Source: Polyangiales bacterium
GTDB taxonomy: Bacteria; Myxococcota_A; Polyangia; Polyangiales; Ga0077539
NCBI GenBank assembly: GCA_044229975.1
Contig: JBGARZ010000011.1
Location: forward strand, 256,001 to 320,000
DNA length: 64,000 nucleotides
Direction of reading: 5' to 3'
The translations under genes and the position numbers were made by a program. Position 1 is the first letter of the stretch, and each line of letters begins with the position of its first letter. Shown one piece after another: positions 8,450-18,394 of this stretch. The notes beneath the pieces were generated by a model that had not been told where the DNA came from, searched no databases, and was given only the letters and a program-made list of their open reading frames with translations.

Positions 8450-9358
8450 ATGAAGCGCATCACGAAGGGTGGCTGGGGCATGGCTCCAGGCTCGTTGCTG
8501 TTGTTGGTCTGCCTCCGCTTCGCGTCTTGCGGGCAGATCGCGGGCGAGGAGTCGATCGCCGAGGCAGAGCCGATACCCTCTGCGAAAGGGGGCCGGGTCG
8601 CGCGGGTAGCCGTCGCACCCGAGGCGCCCGTTGAGCGCCCGCCGCCCGCACCGACCGAGGAGCCCGACGTGCGGTCGCAGCGCCCTGTCATCGTCGAGGC
8701 GCCCGCGCTCGACCCGGCGGTGGAGTTTCCCGACGAGCCGCTGTGGCGCGCGACCTGGCTGGCCATCGACGATCCCGTCCGCGCGGCGCTCCCCGAGACC
8801 GCGCTCATCGACCGCCTCGTCGACGCACGGCCGGGTCAGTCGGTCGCAGACATCGGCGCCGGGGGCGGGTTCTACACCTTCCGATACGCCAGCCGCGTCG
8901 GGCGTCGCGGGGCCGTCCACGCCATCGACGTCGACCCGCTCGCCGCCCGGAAGATCGCCTGGGAGGCCCATCGGCGATCGGCCCGCAACGTGACCGTCGC
9001 GCACGTGCCGCGGCGGCGCTTCGGACTCGACCCGGGGCGCTTCGACGTCGTGCTCATGGTCAGCACCGGGGTGTTCGCCACCTGCGACCGCGCCGCGCGG
9101 GCCAGCTCGATGCGACAGGTCGCCACCGCGCTCCGGGTGGGTGGGCGTTTCGTGTTCCTCGACGCCACGGACTCCATCCATGTGCCGCCCCCGCTCCCGC
9201 GCTGCCCGATCCCCTCGGCCGACGAGGTGATCCGTCTGGCCGCGCCCTACTTCGAACTCGACGACCGGGTCGACACCCGCCACGCGACGGGCCCCTCGAA
9301 CACCGCCCTGCGCTTCCGGCGCGTGGCCTTCCGGCCCGCCATGGTTCCTGAGACGTGA
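8450..9358 (+). CDS. Class I SAM-dependent methyltransferase with N-terminal anchor
   Basis: VADIGAGGGFYT, VHAIDVD, FDVV, LRVGGRFVF. Confidence 0.8.
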   Translation: MKRITKGGWGMAPGSLLLLVCLRFASCGQIAGEESIAEAEPIPSAKGGRVARVAVAPEAPVERPPPAPTEEPDVRSQRPVIVEAPALDPAVEFPDEPLWRATWLAIDDPVRAALPETALIDRLVDARPGQSVADIGAGGGFYTFRYASRVGRRGAVHAIDVDPLAARKIAWEAHRRSARNVTVAHVPRRRFGLDPGRFDVVLMVSTGVFATCDRAARASSMRQVATALRVGGRFVFLDATDSIHVPPPLPRCPIPSADEVIRLAAPYFELDDRVDTRHATGPSNTALRFRRVAFRPAMVPET

Positions 9359-9453
9359 CGCAGAGCCGGCGGTCCGGACGGGGCACCGTGGACGTCGCCG
9401 ACCGCGCGAGAGCGCGGTAGCTCATGGTGCCTTCCGCCGAGGCTCCCGGTGAT

Positions 9454-10725
9454 TCAGCCGAAGGCCCGCGTGACCTCGGCCCAGCGGTCGCCCAGGCAGA
9501 CGAAGAGGCGGGTGCGGTCTTCGAAGAGCACGGTGGCGGTGATGGTGCGGGCGCCGGCGCGGAGCGTCTCGGACGCGTGCGTGACGACGCCGACGCCCCA
9601 GGCAGGGTGCTCGACGCAGGGGCCGCCGCGGGTGTGCGGCGAGAGGTCGTCGAGGGCGATGGGCGCGCCGGCGGCCTTCACCTTGCGGGCCCAGAGCGAG
9701 CGTCGCGCGGCGGCCTGCTTCGCGGCGCGCTTGTCGAAGCTCACGCGCTTCTCCTGTCGTAGCGCGGCGAGGTCGAACTCCCACGCGTGGCGGTTGTGCG
9801 TGACGAGCACGGCGTCGCGCGCGGCGACCCACACAGGCTTCGGCATGAAGAGCGGCATGGTCGGCGCGAGGCGCATCGGGCGCAGGTCGACCTCGGCGAT
9901 CTCGCGCTCGCGGGTGAACACCACCGACAGGGTCTCTTCGCCGGTGAGAAACCACAGCCCGTCCGGACCGGGCACAGCCCCCGTGGTGCGACCGACGCCG
10001 GGCGCCATGAGCTCATACGCACCGTCGCGATCGACGGCGAGGAGGCGGTCGCTCACGACGGACACGGCGCGCCCGCGATCGTCGAAGCCGGGCTGACGGC
10101 CTTCGCGCAGGGTCGTCCAGGCGGCGAGGAGGTGATCGGAAGGGAGCGCGGTGACAACGTCGCCCGACACGCGGTGCAGGCGCTCGAACCAGAGGAGCAG
10201 CGCGTCGCCGTCGGGCAGGGCGAAGGCGTCGACGCGGTCGTCGCGGTCGGGCATCACATAGCGCTGGCCGCCGTGCGTGACGGGTTCGGGCAGGGCCGGG
10301 GGGTCGAGGTCGAGCGGCGTGAGGACACCGTCGCGCCACCACGAGGGGCGGTGACCGTGGGCGCGGTAGGTTCCGCCGGGGACGACGAGGACGCGGTCGC
10401 CGATGGCGAAGACGGCGTGCGGCTCGTGCCACGGCGCGCCGAGGTCGAGCGGGCGCACCGCGCACGAGGCGAGGTCGAGCTCATAGAGCCGATAGGGGTT
10501 GGGGTGCCCGTAGCGCGCGGAGGCCAGCACGCGGCCCGACGTGGTGCGCGCCATGCTCGACGCGAAGAAGCCGGGAGCGCTGCGCGAGGAGGGCGGCCAC
10601 GCGCGGAGGTCGAGCACGTGGGTCGCGTCGGGTGAGGTCGACGTGAGCACGAGGTGATCGCCCCAGGCGAGCGACGTCTCGGCGCTCGCGGGGAGCGTCG
10701 CGGTGCGGGTCGGCGCGAGAGCCAT
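9454..10725 (-). CDS. Hypothetical protein, beta-rich with a C-terminal Tudor/SH3-like segment
   Basis: C-terminal VEHPAWGVGVV...ATVLFED motif. Confidence 0.65.
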   Translation of the reverse strand: MALAPTRTATLPASAETSLAWGDHLVLTSTSPDATHVLDLRAWPPSSRSAPGFFASSMARTTSGRVLASARYGHPNPYRLYELDLASCAVRPLDLGAPWHEPHAVFAIGDRVLVVPGGTYRAHGHRPSWWRDGVLTPLDLDPPALPEPVTHGGQRYVMPDRDDRVDAFALPDGDALLLWFERLHRVSGDVVTALPSDHLLAAWTTLREGRQPGFDDRGRAVSVVSDRLLAVDRDGAYELMAPGVGRTTGAVPGPDGLWFLTGEETLSVVFTREREIAEVDLRPMRLAPTMPLFMPKPVWVAARDAVLVTHNRHAWEFDLAALRQEKRVSFDKRAAKQAAARRSLWARKVKAAGAPIALDDLSPHTRGGPCVEHPAWGVGVVTHASETLRAGARTITATVLFEDRTRLFVCLGDRWAEVTRAFG

Positions 10726-10972
10726 GCGCGACGCTATCGCAACGCCACACCGCGGTGAACACTGCCCATCGGGGGCGAAGGCTCCCTGGAGGAGACTCGG
10801 CCCAAAGACTGAACTGCCGCGGATCAGCGGTACCGCCCCGAGCGCTCGGCGTGGCCGGCGTGGACGTGGCGGGTTCTCAACCTCGGACACTGCGAATCAA
10901 ACCCCGACGCTGCGACGACCTCACCGACGGCCCTCCATCGGCTCCATCGTCCGACGATGGTAGACAGACGGA

Positions 10973-12373
10973 GTGATCGCTCGCGCGCACAGTGCCATTC
11001 CCCGCACCCCTGCCCCGCGCCTCTTCGTCGCCGCGAGCGCGCTTCTCCTCTCCGCTGTCGCGGCAGCCCCGGTGGCATCCGCGCAGCCCCGCGCGTCGCT
11101 CCACGTCGAGCTCTCCGCGGGCCTGCTGCCCACGGCCGCACAACCCCCGGCGCCCGACCTCGGACCCGTCGTCGATGCCTCGGCCCGCGTCGGCGTCGAC
11201 CTCGTGGGACCGCTGTCGCTCCAGCTCTCGGGTGCGTACCGCCGCGCCTTCGGCAGCGAGCGTGACTCCGCCGTGAGCGCCCTCACCCTCGGCGCGCGAT
11301 TCAGCCCCCGCGTCGGCTCCGTCGGTCGCGCCTTCGTCGACCTCAACGTCGGCCCCGCGGTGACCTTCCGCGAGCCGCGCGTGTACGCCGCCTTCGACGT
11401 CGGCGCGGGCTTCGAGTTCGCTCTCTCGCGCAGCCTCCACGTGGGCCCAATGGTGCGGTACAGCCGCCTGCTCGCGACCTCCGATGACCCCATCGGCGAC
11501 GCGCAGGCTGTCACCTTCGGGGTGTCGTTGAGCTACTACACCGCGTCGGTCGTCGGCAGCGCGGCGCCGCCACCCCCGCGACTGCCCCCGCCCGAGCGCG
11601 ACACCGACACCGACGCCGACGCCGACGGCGTGCTCGACCGCGACGACGTGTGCCCCTTCAGCGCGGCGGGAGCGCTCCCCGACCCCGACGCCCCCGGATG
11701 TCCGCAGCCCGATCGCGACCACGACAGTGTGCCCGACCGCGCCGACGCGTGCCCCGACGAGCCGGGCGTGGTGGTGTCGGATCCCAGCCGCGACGGCTGC
11801 CCGGCCTCCCTGGTGCAGATCGACACCGCCGCGGTCGTCATCCTGCAGCCGGTGTTCTTCGAGCCCGCGGGCGTGACGTTTACGGCGCTGAGCGTGCCCG
11901 CGCTCACGAGGGTCGCCGATGCGCTGCGCGCGATGCCCACCATCCAGGTCATGCGCGTCGAGGGCCACGCCGACGACCGCCTGCCCGCGCCCCGCGCCCT
12001 CGCGCTCTCCCAGCGCCGCGCCGATGCCGTCGTCGCGTGGCTCGTCGCGCACGGCATCGAGCCCGCCCGCCTCACCGCCGTCGCCTACGGCTCCACCCGC
12101 CCGCTCGGCCGCAACTGGACCGCCGCCACCCGCGCCCGCTTCAACCGCGTGGAGTTCACCGTCGCTGATCCACCGTCGACCCCCGCGCGCACGGCGATGT
12201 GCCCGCTCGTCGTCAACGACCGCTCCCGCCTCGCCACGGCCTTCGACGGCGGCCCGCCCGACCGCGACCGCGACCGCGTTCCCGACGCCCAGGACCACTG
12301 CCCCGACGTCCCGACGGGCGCGCATCCCGACCCGCAGTGCACCGGGTGCCCCGTGTGGCCTATGGAGCCGTGA
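10973..12373 (+). CDS. OmpA-family outer membrane protein with TSP3 repeats
   Basis: Signal peptide, beta-barrel, DADGVLDRDDVCP repeats, VEGHADD...LSQRRADAV...RVEF. Confidence 0.88.
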   Translation: MIARAHSAIPRTPAPRLFVAASALLLSAVAAAPVASAQPRASLHVELSAGLLPTAAQPPAPDLGPVVDASARVGVDLVGPLSLQLSGAYRRAFGSERDSAVSALTLGARFSPRVGSVGRAFVDLNVGPAVTFREPRVYAAFDVGAGFEFALSRSLHVGPMVRYSRLLATSDDPIGDAQAVTFGVSLSYYTASVVGSAAPPPPRLPPPERDTDTDADADGVLDRDDVCPFSAAGALPDPDAPGCPQPDRDHDSVPDRADACPDEPGVVVSDPSRDGCPASLVQIDTAAVVILQPVFFEPAGVTFTALSVPALTRVADALRAMPTIQVMRVEGHADDRLPAPRALALSQRRADAVVAWLVAHGIEPARLTAVAYGSTRPLGRNWTAATRARFNRVEFTVADPPSTPARTAMCPLVVNDRSRLATAFDGGPPDRDRDRVPDAQDHCPDVPTGAHPDPQCTGCPVWPMEP

Positions 12374-15257
12374 CGAGCGCCCGGTCGAGGGCCGCTTGCG
12401 CGCGCTGTTCGAGGGCGCCCTCGTAGCCCGTGCGAACGCATCCTCCTGGCACGGTCGTTCCGTCGACCCGCGCGGCGTAGGCCGTTGGACCGTCGACGCC
12501 GCACACCGTGAGTCGACCCAGGTAGAGGCGCTCTCCCACCGAAGCTGCGTCGCAGAGGCGGGTGGTCCAATCGCCCTCGGCGCGCACCGTCGCGGCGTCG
12601 GCCTCGCGCCACGCGACGCCCACCGTCAGCCCCAGCGCCAGCTCACAGAACTGTAGAAACGCCGCGCTCTCCGCGTGCACCAGCACCAGCCAGTAGCGAC
12701 GGAAGGTGGGCGCGGCCGACCAGCGGCGGAAGGTGTTGATCCATCCCTGGTGGCGCGCGACGACGTACGCACCCGGCACGTCGAGCCCCAGCTCATTGAA
12801 CACCGTCACCATCAGATGCACCTGCCGCGTGACCACCGTGAACAGCCGCTCGGGCGGCGGCGCAATCACCGCGACGTCTGCAACGGTCGGAGCGGCGAGC
12901 TCGGGGTACAGCTCGGCGAAGTACGGCGCGAGGGCAGCCTCCTGGAGCATGGCCTCGACCTCCTCCAGCTCGTCGCGCATCTGCGCGAACGCGGGCTCCA
13001 CCGAGGCGTCGCGGGAGAGGCGCGCGTGGAGGTCGTCGATCCAGCTCGCCACGAGGTCGTCGGAGCCGACGGCGGCGCGCGCGACGACACCCTCGACGAC
13101 GTGCGTGCCGAGCGAGCGGTAGGCCTCGAACTGCGCCTCGTCGAAGAGCTGGTCGGAGGTCGATTGGTGGGGGAAGTCGCCGAAGCGCGAGCGGTACTCG
13201 CGGATGAGCTCGTCCTCGTCGGCCGTCAGCGACGACTTCAGGTAGACGAGCCGGCCGTGCTCTTCGGGCGTTCCGTCGTCGAGCGCGGGGTACGTGATGA
13301 GGCCGAGCGCGGCGTGGCGGCGGGAGGTTCCGTCCTCGTTGCAGCGCAGGTCGCCGAGGTCGAGGTCGATGCGGGTCTGGAGGTCGAGGCGCGCGTAGCG
13401 CAGCAGCGCCGCGAGGCCGCCGAAGCGCACGAAGCGGTCTTCCTCCGCGTCGCTCACGATGATGACCTTGCAGCGGCGGCGCAGGAGCTCGTACGCGCCG
13501 GTGTTCTCCAGGTGCCCGCCGTCGGTGAGGTAGACGTGCTGCCCGCGGTCGTCGATGCGGCTCGCCAGCTCGCGGAAGAAGTACCGGACGGCGGGGTACC
13601 ACTTCCACATCGCGAGCGAGCGCCACTGCGCCGAGCGGCTCGCCCAGTCGGTCGGGAGCCAGCGACGGAGGCGACCGGGGTGCGGGAGCCAGAAGCCCAG
13701 CCGCAGGTTGAGGAAGGTCATGAGCACCACGAGGGCGCGCAGGGTGTACGTGCCCATGTTGGGCGACGCGGCGGCGGCGGAGACTGCGACGGCGGTGGCG
13801 AGGGTCATCCCCGGCACGACCGCTTCGAGCGCCTCGGTGGGGCAGTAGCCGGTACGGTCGGAGCCGACGTGGCGCGCGCTGAAGACGAAGAAGTCTCCCT
13901 GCCGACCCGAGCGCGAACGATCGGTGGTGGCCTGGAGGTTGAGCGACGCGTTGATGAGCGCGTAGGGCGCTGTCGATCCGGGGCGGTTGAGCTCGGAGAG
14001 GCGGAGGTCTTCGTAGGGTTCGGACTGCCCGTAGGGCTCGACGGCGCGGTCGGTGGGGCGGCGGCGCAGGATGAAGGTGCGCGCGATGCGGTCGCGGAAG
14101 ATGCTGTGGAGCGAGACGTCGTTGGTGTCGAAGCTGCCGATGAGGAGGAAGACGAGCAGCGCGACGGGGAGCGCCACGTCGGTCATCGGGGCGTAGTCGA
14201 AGCCCGAGTCGAGCGCGGTGCGGATCACCACCGCGGAGCGATGCACGAAGAAGAGATACGGGGTGGCGACGCTCACGACGAAGGCGAGGCCGAGGGCGAG
14301 CGGGCGGGCGACGCGCGGCAGCATGGCGGCGAGCGGACCGAAGGAGAGCGTCGAGAGGGCGAGCGCGGCGAGCTGCGGGGCGTAGCGCCCGAAGGAGGGC
14401 GCGTCGTCGTCGGCGTTGAAGACGAAGCGGGCCCAGCGGACGATGATGAAGGGCTGGAGCTCGAGCGCGAAGAAGGCGAGGGCGGCGCCGAGGAGGATGC
14501 TGTTGGAGCGTTCGAGGCGGAAGCGGGCGCGCGGCCCTGGGCGGAAGACGAGGGTGTAGACGAAGCCGACGAGCATCCAGGCGCCGACGGCCGCGAGGGC
14601 GGGTCGCGCGTGGCGGGTGAACCACGTCCACGGCAGGCCGCGGAGGTCGGCGACGTCGGCGGTGCGGAGGTAGGCGAGCACCAGCGGGGCGGTGACGATG
14701 GCGAGGAGGAGCGCGGCGGGCAGCAGCAGCGCGACGGTGACGAGCTGTCCGCGGATCATCGACGCCGCGAGAAACACCCCGCCGCGCAGCCCCGACGGGA
14801 GCAGGGCGTTGGAGCGCCCGCGGAGGTACGAGACGACGCGGCTCTCGGTCGGGACACCGGACTCCGGGGCGAAGGGAAAGGGCGCGCCGGGTTCGCGGAG
14901 GAGGGACTGGAGGGCAGCGCCGATCCAGCCGCCGCCCGAGACGGTGGAGAGGTAGTCGACGGCGCCGAGGAGGCCCGCGCGGTGCAGCGCCTGGAGCACG
15001 CCGAGGTTGAACGCCGCCGAGCGCATGCCGCCCCCCGAGAGGGCGAGACCGACGAGGCCGTGACGGGTGGAGGGACGTTCTGCGGGGTCGACGGGCGACG
15101 GCTCGGTGGGCAGCGGCGAGCCAGCGAGGGCAGCGGCGTGGGCGAGGCGGCGGTCGCGCACGGCGGCCATCTCGGCGGGAAACACGTCGCGGCGAAACTG
15201 CGCCTGCCACTCGCGCTCGTCGTCCGCGGTCGTCGTCGCGCTCCTCGGTTGCGTCAC
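12360..15257 (-). CDS. Patatin/cPLA2-like phospholipase with multiple TM helices
   Basis: LALSGGGMRSA, YLSTVSGG, LTDGGHLEN, DFPHQSTSDQLFDEAQFEAY; GTG overlaps the kinase stop. Confidence 0.85.
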   Translation of the reverse strand: MTQPRSATTTADDEREWQAQFRRDVFPAEMAAVRDRRLAHAAALAGSPLPTEPSPVDPAERPSTRHGLVGLALSGGGMRSAAFNLGVLQALHRAGLLGAVDYLSTVSGGGWIGAALQSLLREPGAPFPFAPESGVPTESRVVSYLRGRSNALLPSGLRGGVFLAASMIRGQLVTVALLLPAALLLAIVTAPLVLAYLRTADVADLRGLPWTWFTRHARPALAAVGAWMLVGFVYTLVFRPGPRARFRLERSNSILLGAALAFFALELQPFIIVRWARFVFNADDDAPSFGRYAPQLAALALSTLSFGPLAAMLPRVARPLALGLAFVVSVATPYLFFVHRSAVVIRTALDSGFDYAPMTDVALPVALLVFLLIGSFDTNDVSLHSIFRDRIARTFILRRRPTDRAVEPYGQSEPYEDLRLSELNRPGSTAPYALINASLNLQATTDRSRSGRQGDFFVFSARHVGSDRTGYCPTEALEAVVPGMTLATAVAVSAAAASPNMGTYTLRALVVLMTFLNLRLGFWLPHPGRLRRWLPTDWASRSAQWRSLAMWKWYPAVRYFFRELASRIDDRGQHVYLTDGGHLENTGAYELLRRRCKVIIVSDAEEDRFVRFGGLAALLRYARLDLQTRIDLDLGDLRCNEDGTSRRHAALGLITYPALDDGTPEEHGRLVYLKSSLTADEDELIREYRSRFGDFPHQSTSDQLFDEAQFEAYRSLGTHVVEGVVARAAVGSDDLVASWIDDLHARLSRDASVEPAFAQMRDELEEVEAMLQEAALAPYFAELYPELAAPTVADVAVIAPPPERLFTVVTRQVHLMVTVFNELGLDVPGAYVVARHQGWINTFRRWSAAPTFRRYWLVLVHAESAAFLQFCELALGLTVGVAWREADAATVRAEGDWTTRLCDAASVGERLYLGRLTVCGVDGPTAYAARVDGTTVPGGCVRTGYEGALEQRAQAALDRALVTAP

Positions 15258-16888
15258 GGCGACGGGTCGCGCGGCAACGGCGGCGGCGGTCGACTCGACA
15301 CCATGCGAATGGCGGGGCCCGGCCGCACCGACGGGCGGTGCTCGGGGCGCGTCGCCTCGTCGTGGACCCCCGGCGCCGCGGACCTCCGCTCGGTGCGGGC
15401 GTTCGCGGCGGCGGCCTCCTCGGCGGACCACGCGAGGTCGAGCGCGCCGAGGGCCGTGTCGAGGGTGGCCATGTCCGAGAAGCGCTGCGCGGGGACGGCG
15501 GCGAGGCAGCGCAGCACGACGGCGTCGAGGCGGGCGGAGACGGCGGGCGCCCGCGACGAGGGCGGATCGGGCCGCGCGCTGCTGATCGCGCCGACGAGGG
15601 CGAGGCCCGAGAGCCCCTCGAAGGGGCGCGTCCCGGTGAGCAGGAAGTAGAGCGTCGCGCCGAGGCCGTAGAGGTCGCCGCGCGCGTCGGAGTCGTCGCC
15701 GAGCAGGGACTCCGGCGCGATGAAGTGCGGCGTGCCGATGGCGTCACCAGTGGCGGTGAGCCGGGCGTCGCGGGTGTCGACGCGGCGGGCGATGCCGAAG
15801 TCGATGACCGTGAGGTGGTCGCCGCCGGTGTGCTCGCCGAGGAAGAGGTTGGACGGCTTCACGTCGCGGTGCACGATGCCCGCGGCGTGGGCCTCGCCGA
15901 GCGAGCTGCACGCCTGCCGCACGAGGTGGACGGCGCGCGCCGGGGGCAGCGGGCCGGACTCGCGCACGAGGCGGTCGAGGTCGATGCCGACGAGGCGCTC
16001 CATCGCCAGGAAGCGCACGCCGTCGTCGCTCGCGCCGAAGTCGAGCACCCGCACGGTGTGGGGCGACGACAGCGCCCGCAGCGCCTCGGCCTCGCGCTCG
16101 AAGCGCCGCGCGACGGCCGACGAGGGCGCGTCGTGCAGGATCTTCAGCGCGACGTCGCGCTCGTGCACCTCGTCCCAGGCGAGCCACACCTCGTTCATGC
16201 CGCCGGCTCCGAGGCGGAGCTTGAGCCGGTAGCCCGCGAGCTTGCGCGCCTCGCGGAGCTGGCGGCGGAGGGTGCCGATCTCCATGGCCGCCTCCATGCC
16301 CACCACGTACACGGCGGCGATGAGCACCCACTCGCCGAAGTAGGTGGCGACCGACGCGACGTCGCGCCACTGCCGCGCCACGGCCGGGTACGTCTCGACC
16401 ACGGCGACGAGCATCGCGGTCCAGATGACGAACCAGGTGAGCACGACGAGGTAGAGGCGCGAGCGGCGCACCTCGGCGACGAGCGGCGAGGCCATCACGA
16501 AGGTCGTGAGCCCGAAGAGGTACGGGCTGTTGAGCCCGCCGAACTCGACGCCCTGGCGCGCCATCAGCGCCACGAAGATGAAGTTGGAGAAGAGCGCGAG
16601 CAGGCCGACGGTGGTGGCCGGCAGCCGCCCCGAGCGCGCCAGCCACGTGAGCAGCGGGTGCAACGGAGCGCCGATGAGGCGGCAGCCGAGCACGACGCGC
16701 CACGACGCGCCGGGCCACACGAGCCACAGCCCGAAGACGTCGAAGACGAGGCCGACGCACCACGCCCAGCGGTGCCAGCCGAGCACCGCCATGTGGTGCG
16801 CGAGGGCAGAGAGTTCGTCGTCCGAGGCGAGGGCCGCGAAGAGACCGGGAGGCGCCGGGCGAGCTGTGGTGGCGTCCGCGGAGGGCAT
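15254..16888 (-). CDS. Membrane Ser/Thr protein kinase
   Basis: N-terminal TMs; LGAGGMNEV, VALK, HRDVKPSN, DFG, GTPHFIAPE. Confidence 0.93.
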   Translation of the reverse strand: MPSADATTARPAPPGLFAALASDDELSALAHHMAVLGWHRWAWCVGLVFDVFGLWLVWPGASWRVVLGCRLIGAPLHPLLTWLARSGRLPATTVGLLALFSNFIFVALMARQGVEFGGLNSPYLFGLTTFVMASPLVAEVRRSRLYLVVLTWFVIWTAMLVAVVETYPAVARQWRDVASVATYFGEWVLIAAVYVVGMEAAMEIGTLRRQLREARKLAGYRLKLRLGAGGMNEVWLAWDEVHERDVALKILHDAPSSAVARRFEREAEALRALSSPHTVRVLDFGASDDGVRFLAMERLVGIDLDRLVRESGPLPPARAVHLVRQACSSLGEAHAAGIVHRDVKPSNLFLGEHTGGDHLTVIDFGIARRVDTRDARLTATGDAIGTPHFIAPESLLGDDSDARGDLYGLGATLYFLLTGTRPFEGLSGLALVGAISSARPDPPSSRAPAVSARLDAVVLRCLAAVPAQRFSDMATLDTALGALDLAWSAEEAAAANARTERRSAAPGVHDEATRPEHRPSVRPGPAIRMVSSRPPPPLPRDPSP

Positions 16889-17006
16889 CGGGTTCGACCT
16901 GGCACTGTATCGTGCCCAGAAGGCCGCAGCGCTGACAGAAGTCGTCACCGGCGCGGCGGTGGGTGCGACGATCTACGTCACGACGGACGCGAGTGTGGAG
17001 AGCGCG

Positions 17007-18308
17007 TCAGCCGACGCCGAGTACGCGCCGCGCCCAGTCGTTGGCGAGCTTTCCGTCGGGGTCGTACCGCGCCGCGAGCTCCCGGAAGTCTTCGAGTCGC
17101 GGGAGCTGCCCGCGCAGGTACGCGGGGTCGAAGCTCGCCTCCTTCCCCCAGTGCGGGCGCCCGCCGTTGCGCACCGCGAAGGCCTCGAACGCCCGGAGCT
17201 GATCGGCCCAGCGCTCGTCGGAGTCCATGTTGTACATGCCGAGCCAGATCGAGTCGCGGCCGTACGCGGGGCTCAGCCAGAAGTCGTCGCCGCGCGAGAA
17301 GCGGATCTCCTGGATGAAGTTGTACGTGTGCCCACTGTCGAGCAGACAGCGGCGGTACTCGCGCAAGAGGCGCGGCGCGTCGGCCAGGTCGAAGGCCCAC
17401 TCGGTCTCGCGGTGCACCGGCGGATCAGGCGTGAGGAAGCCCACGTGGCTCTTGCAGATGCGCTCGTAGCGCTTGCCCACCTCGCGGCCGAGGAGGCGGT
17501 TGACGAGCGGAACGAGCCGCTTGCGGTCGAGGCGCTCCAGCGCGACGAGCGAGCGGTACACCGCGACCGACAGGAGCTCGTCCTTGAACCACCGGACGAA
17601 CTCGCTGTCGTTGCGGGGCGCGTCGGTGCGGCGGTTCTTGAAGACGATGACGTGGTCGTCGGGGACGAGCCACCAGAGCTTGAAATGGTCGTAGGCCCGC
17701 AGGTGCTCGTCGAGGCGATCGACCACCTCGTCGAAGGGCGCGCGCTCGGTGATCGCGTGCATCTGAAACGCGCGCACCACCTGGAGCGTCACCTCGTAGA
17801 CCACGCCGCAGCAGCCGAGCCCGACGACCACGGCGTCGAAGTCCGCGTCGCCCTTCCGCAGCGCGCGCTCCTCGCCGCGCCCGTCGACGAGCCGCAGCGC
17901 GACGACCTGCGAGGCGAGGCACTGAAACGCGAGGCCCGTCCCGTGGGTGCCGGTCGAGATGGCGCCCGCGACGGTCTGTCGGTCGATGGAGCCGAGGTTG
18001 GCGAGCGCCAGTCCGCGCCGGTCGAGCTGCGCGATGAGCGCGCGGAGCGTGACGCCCGCCTCCACGGTCACCCGCAAGGTCGCCTCGTCGACGGCCACGA
18101 TGCGGGTCATGTGTTCGAGCGAAACCAGCGTGTCGTCGGTGACGATCGCGCGCGACCACGAGTGCCGCGACCCCATCACCCGCACCCGCGCCGAACGCCG
18201 GACGACCTCCCGCAGCTCGGTGGCGGAGCGCGGGGTCGCGATCTCGGCGGGCGCGAACACGACGTTGCGACCGTAGTTGACGACCTGTCGGAGCGAACCT
18301 CGGCGCAT
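17007..18308 (-). CDS. FAD-linked sugar-1,4-lactone oxidase (ALO family)
   Basis: GSRHSWS, GAISTGTHG, GGRPHWGK. Confidence 0.9.
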   Translation of the reverse strand: MRRGSLRQVVNYGRNVVFAPAEIATPRSATELREVVRRSARVRVMGSRHSWSRAIVTDDTLVSLEHMTRIVAVDEATLRVTVEAGVTLRALIAQLDRRGLALANLGSIDRQTVAGAISTGTHGTGLAFQCLASQVVALRLVDGRGEERALRKGDADFDAVVVGLGCCGVVYEVTLQVVRAFQMHAITERAPFDEVVDRLDEHLRAYDHFKLWWLVPDDHVIVFKNRRTDAPRNDSEFVRWFKDELLSVAVYRSLVALERLDRKRLVPLVNRLLGREVGKRYERICKSHVGFLTPDPPVHRETEWAFDLADAPRLLREYRRCLLDSGHTYNFIQEIRFSRGDDFWLSPAYGRDSIWLGMYNMDSDERWADQLRAFEAFAVRNGGRPHWGKEASFDPAYLRGQLPRLEDFRELAARYDPDGKLANDWARRVLGVG

Positions 18309-18394
18309 GCGGAGAGGGTAGTCGAAGGATCGCCGACGCGTGCCCGTCTCCTGCCGACGCCTCGTCCGAGCGCGTTATCGTGGCCCCCTCCGCC

